A DNA stretch of 64,000 nucleotides from positions 85,438,001-85,502,000 of the forward strand of contig NC_086097.1 of the NCBI RefSeq assembly GCF_963921235.1, given 5' to 3'. The translations under genes were made by a program, and so were the position numbers. Position 1 is the stretch's first letter. Every line of letters starts with the position of its first letter. Positions 63,340 to 64,000 of this stretch are shown piece after piece. The stretch is from Mobula hypostoma (taxonomy: Eukaryota). The notes below the pieces were generated by a model that was not told where the DNA came from, searched no databases, and was given only the letters and a program-made list of their open reading frames with translations.

Positions 63340-64000
63340 ATTGCACAGTTAGGGCAGTAGGGGTGCAGGGCAGAATAGCTGAATGCTCCTCTTGTGGGAT
63401 GTTGGAAAGCAGCGAGACCTCCAGTGCTCCTGACAACTGCATGTGCATCCAGCTGAAGCTTCCTTCAGACTGTGTTAAGGAACTGGATGAACTCCAGATT
63501 ATTAGAGAGGCTCAGAGACCGAGCAACAGGACAACAGCAACAGGGAGGTAGTTACACCCAAGGTACAGGACACAGGGTTGACCATCAGGAGGAGGAAACG
63601 GGATAGGCAACCACTTTGGATGCTATTGTGGGGGCGGAGATCAAATGACGCAGCAGAGAAAAGTCACAGCAGTCAGGCCTCTGGCACTGAGTCTGGCAGC
63701 ATGGGGAGAAAGGGTGAGTTGTAGTGATGGGGGATTCATTGGTCAGTGGAACAGACAGGAGGTTTAGTGGATGAGAACAAGATTTCAGAATGGTATGTTG
63801 CCTCCCAGGAGCCAGGGTCAAGTATATCTCAGATCAAGTCCATAGCTTTCTTCAGTGAAAGGGTGAGCAGCCAGAGGGTTGTGGTCCTTGCCAGTACTAA
63901 CGACATGGGTAGGAAGGGTGATGAGGTCTTCCAAAGCGAGTTCAGGGAGTTAGGTCCTACGTTAAAGGACAAGATCTCCAGGGTTGTGATCTCAGGATTG
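63340..64000 (+). mobile_element. CR1 5' part (ORF1 zinc-finger-like and SGNH/GDSL esterase remnants), running off the window end
   Basis: ECSSCGM..C, ELDELQIIRE, VVMGDSLVSGTDRRF..MVCCLPGARV, STND, SRVVISGL. Confidence 0.85.

Overview
Eukaryotic, repeat-dense vertebrate DNA. The repeat content (CR1, Rex1/Babar-like and RTE LINEs, HE1-like SINEs, Penelope-like remnants) suggests a cartilaginous fish, probably a ray; this is an inference. The only host-gene sequence I can support is one 73-nt minus-strand coding exon of DESI2/PPPDE1 (4097-4169, [24 protein letters not shown]). I could not find its first coding exon, so most of the window is probably one large intron. The rest is transposable-element debris: an old, internally deleted BEL/Pao LTR retrotransposon (13594-21868) carrying two three-level nests of LINEs, two solo LTRs, two 5'-truncated LINEs with uninterrupted RT ORFs, and pogo/Tigger, mariner, Tc1 and hAT MITEs. 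There are also two tandem arrays, and Penelope-like element ends carrying minimal type I hammerhead-ribozyme motifs (best copy 61809-61846). I see no convincing new protein-coding system. The most interesting signals are RNA-structural and mechanistic: the hammerheads, an RTE with a twin-priming-type 5' inversion, foldback elements, and a SINE carrying an RTE 5'-UTR-like module. Coordinates were read by eye; boundaries of degenerate repeats are approximate.
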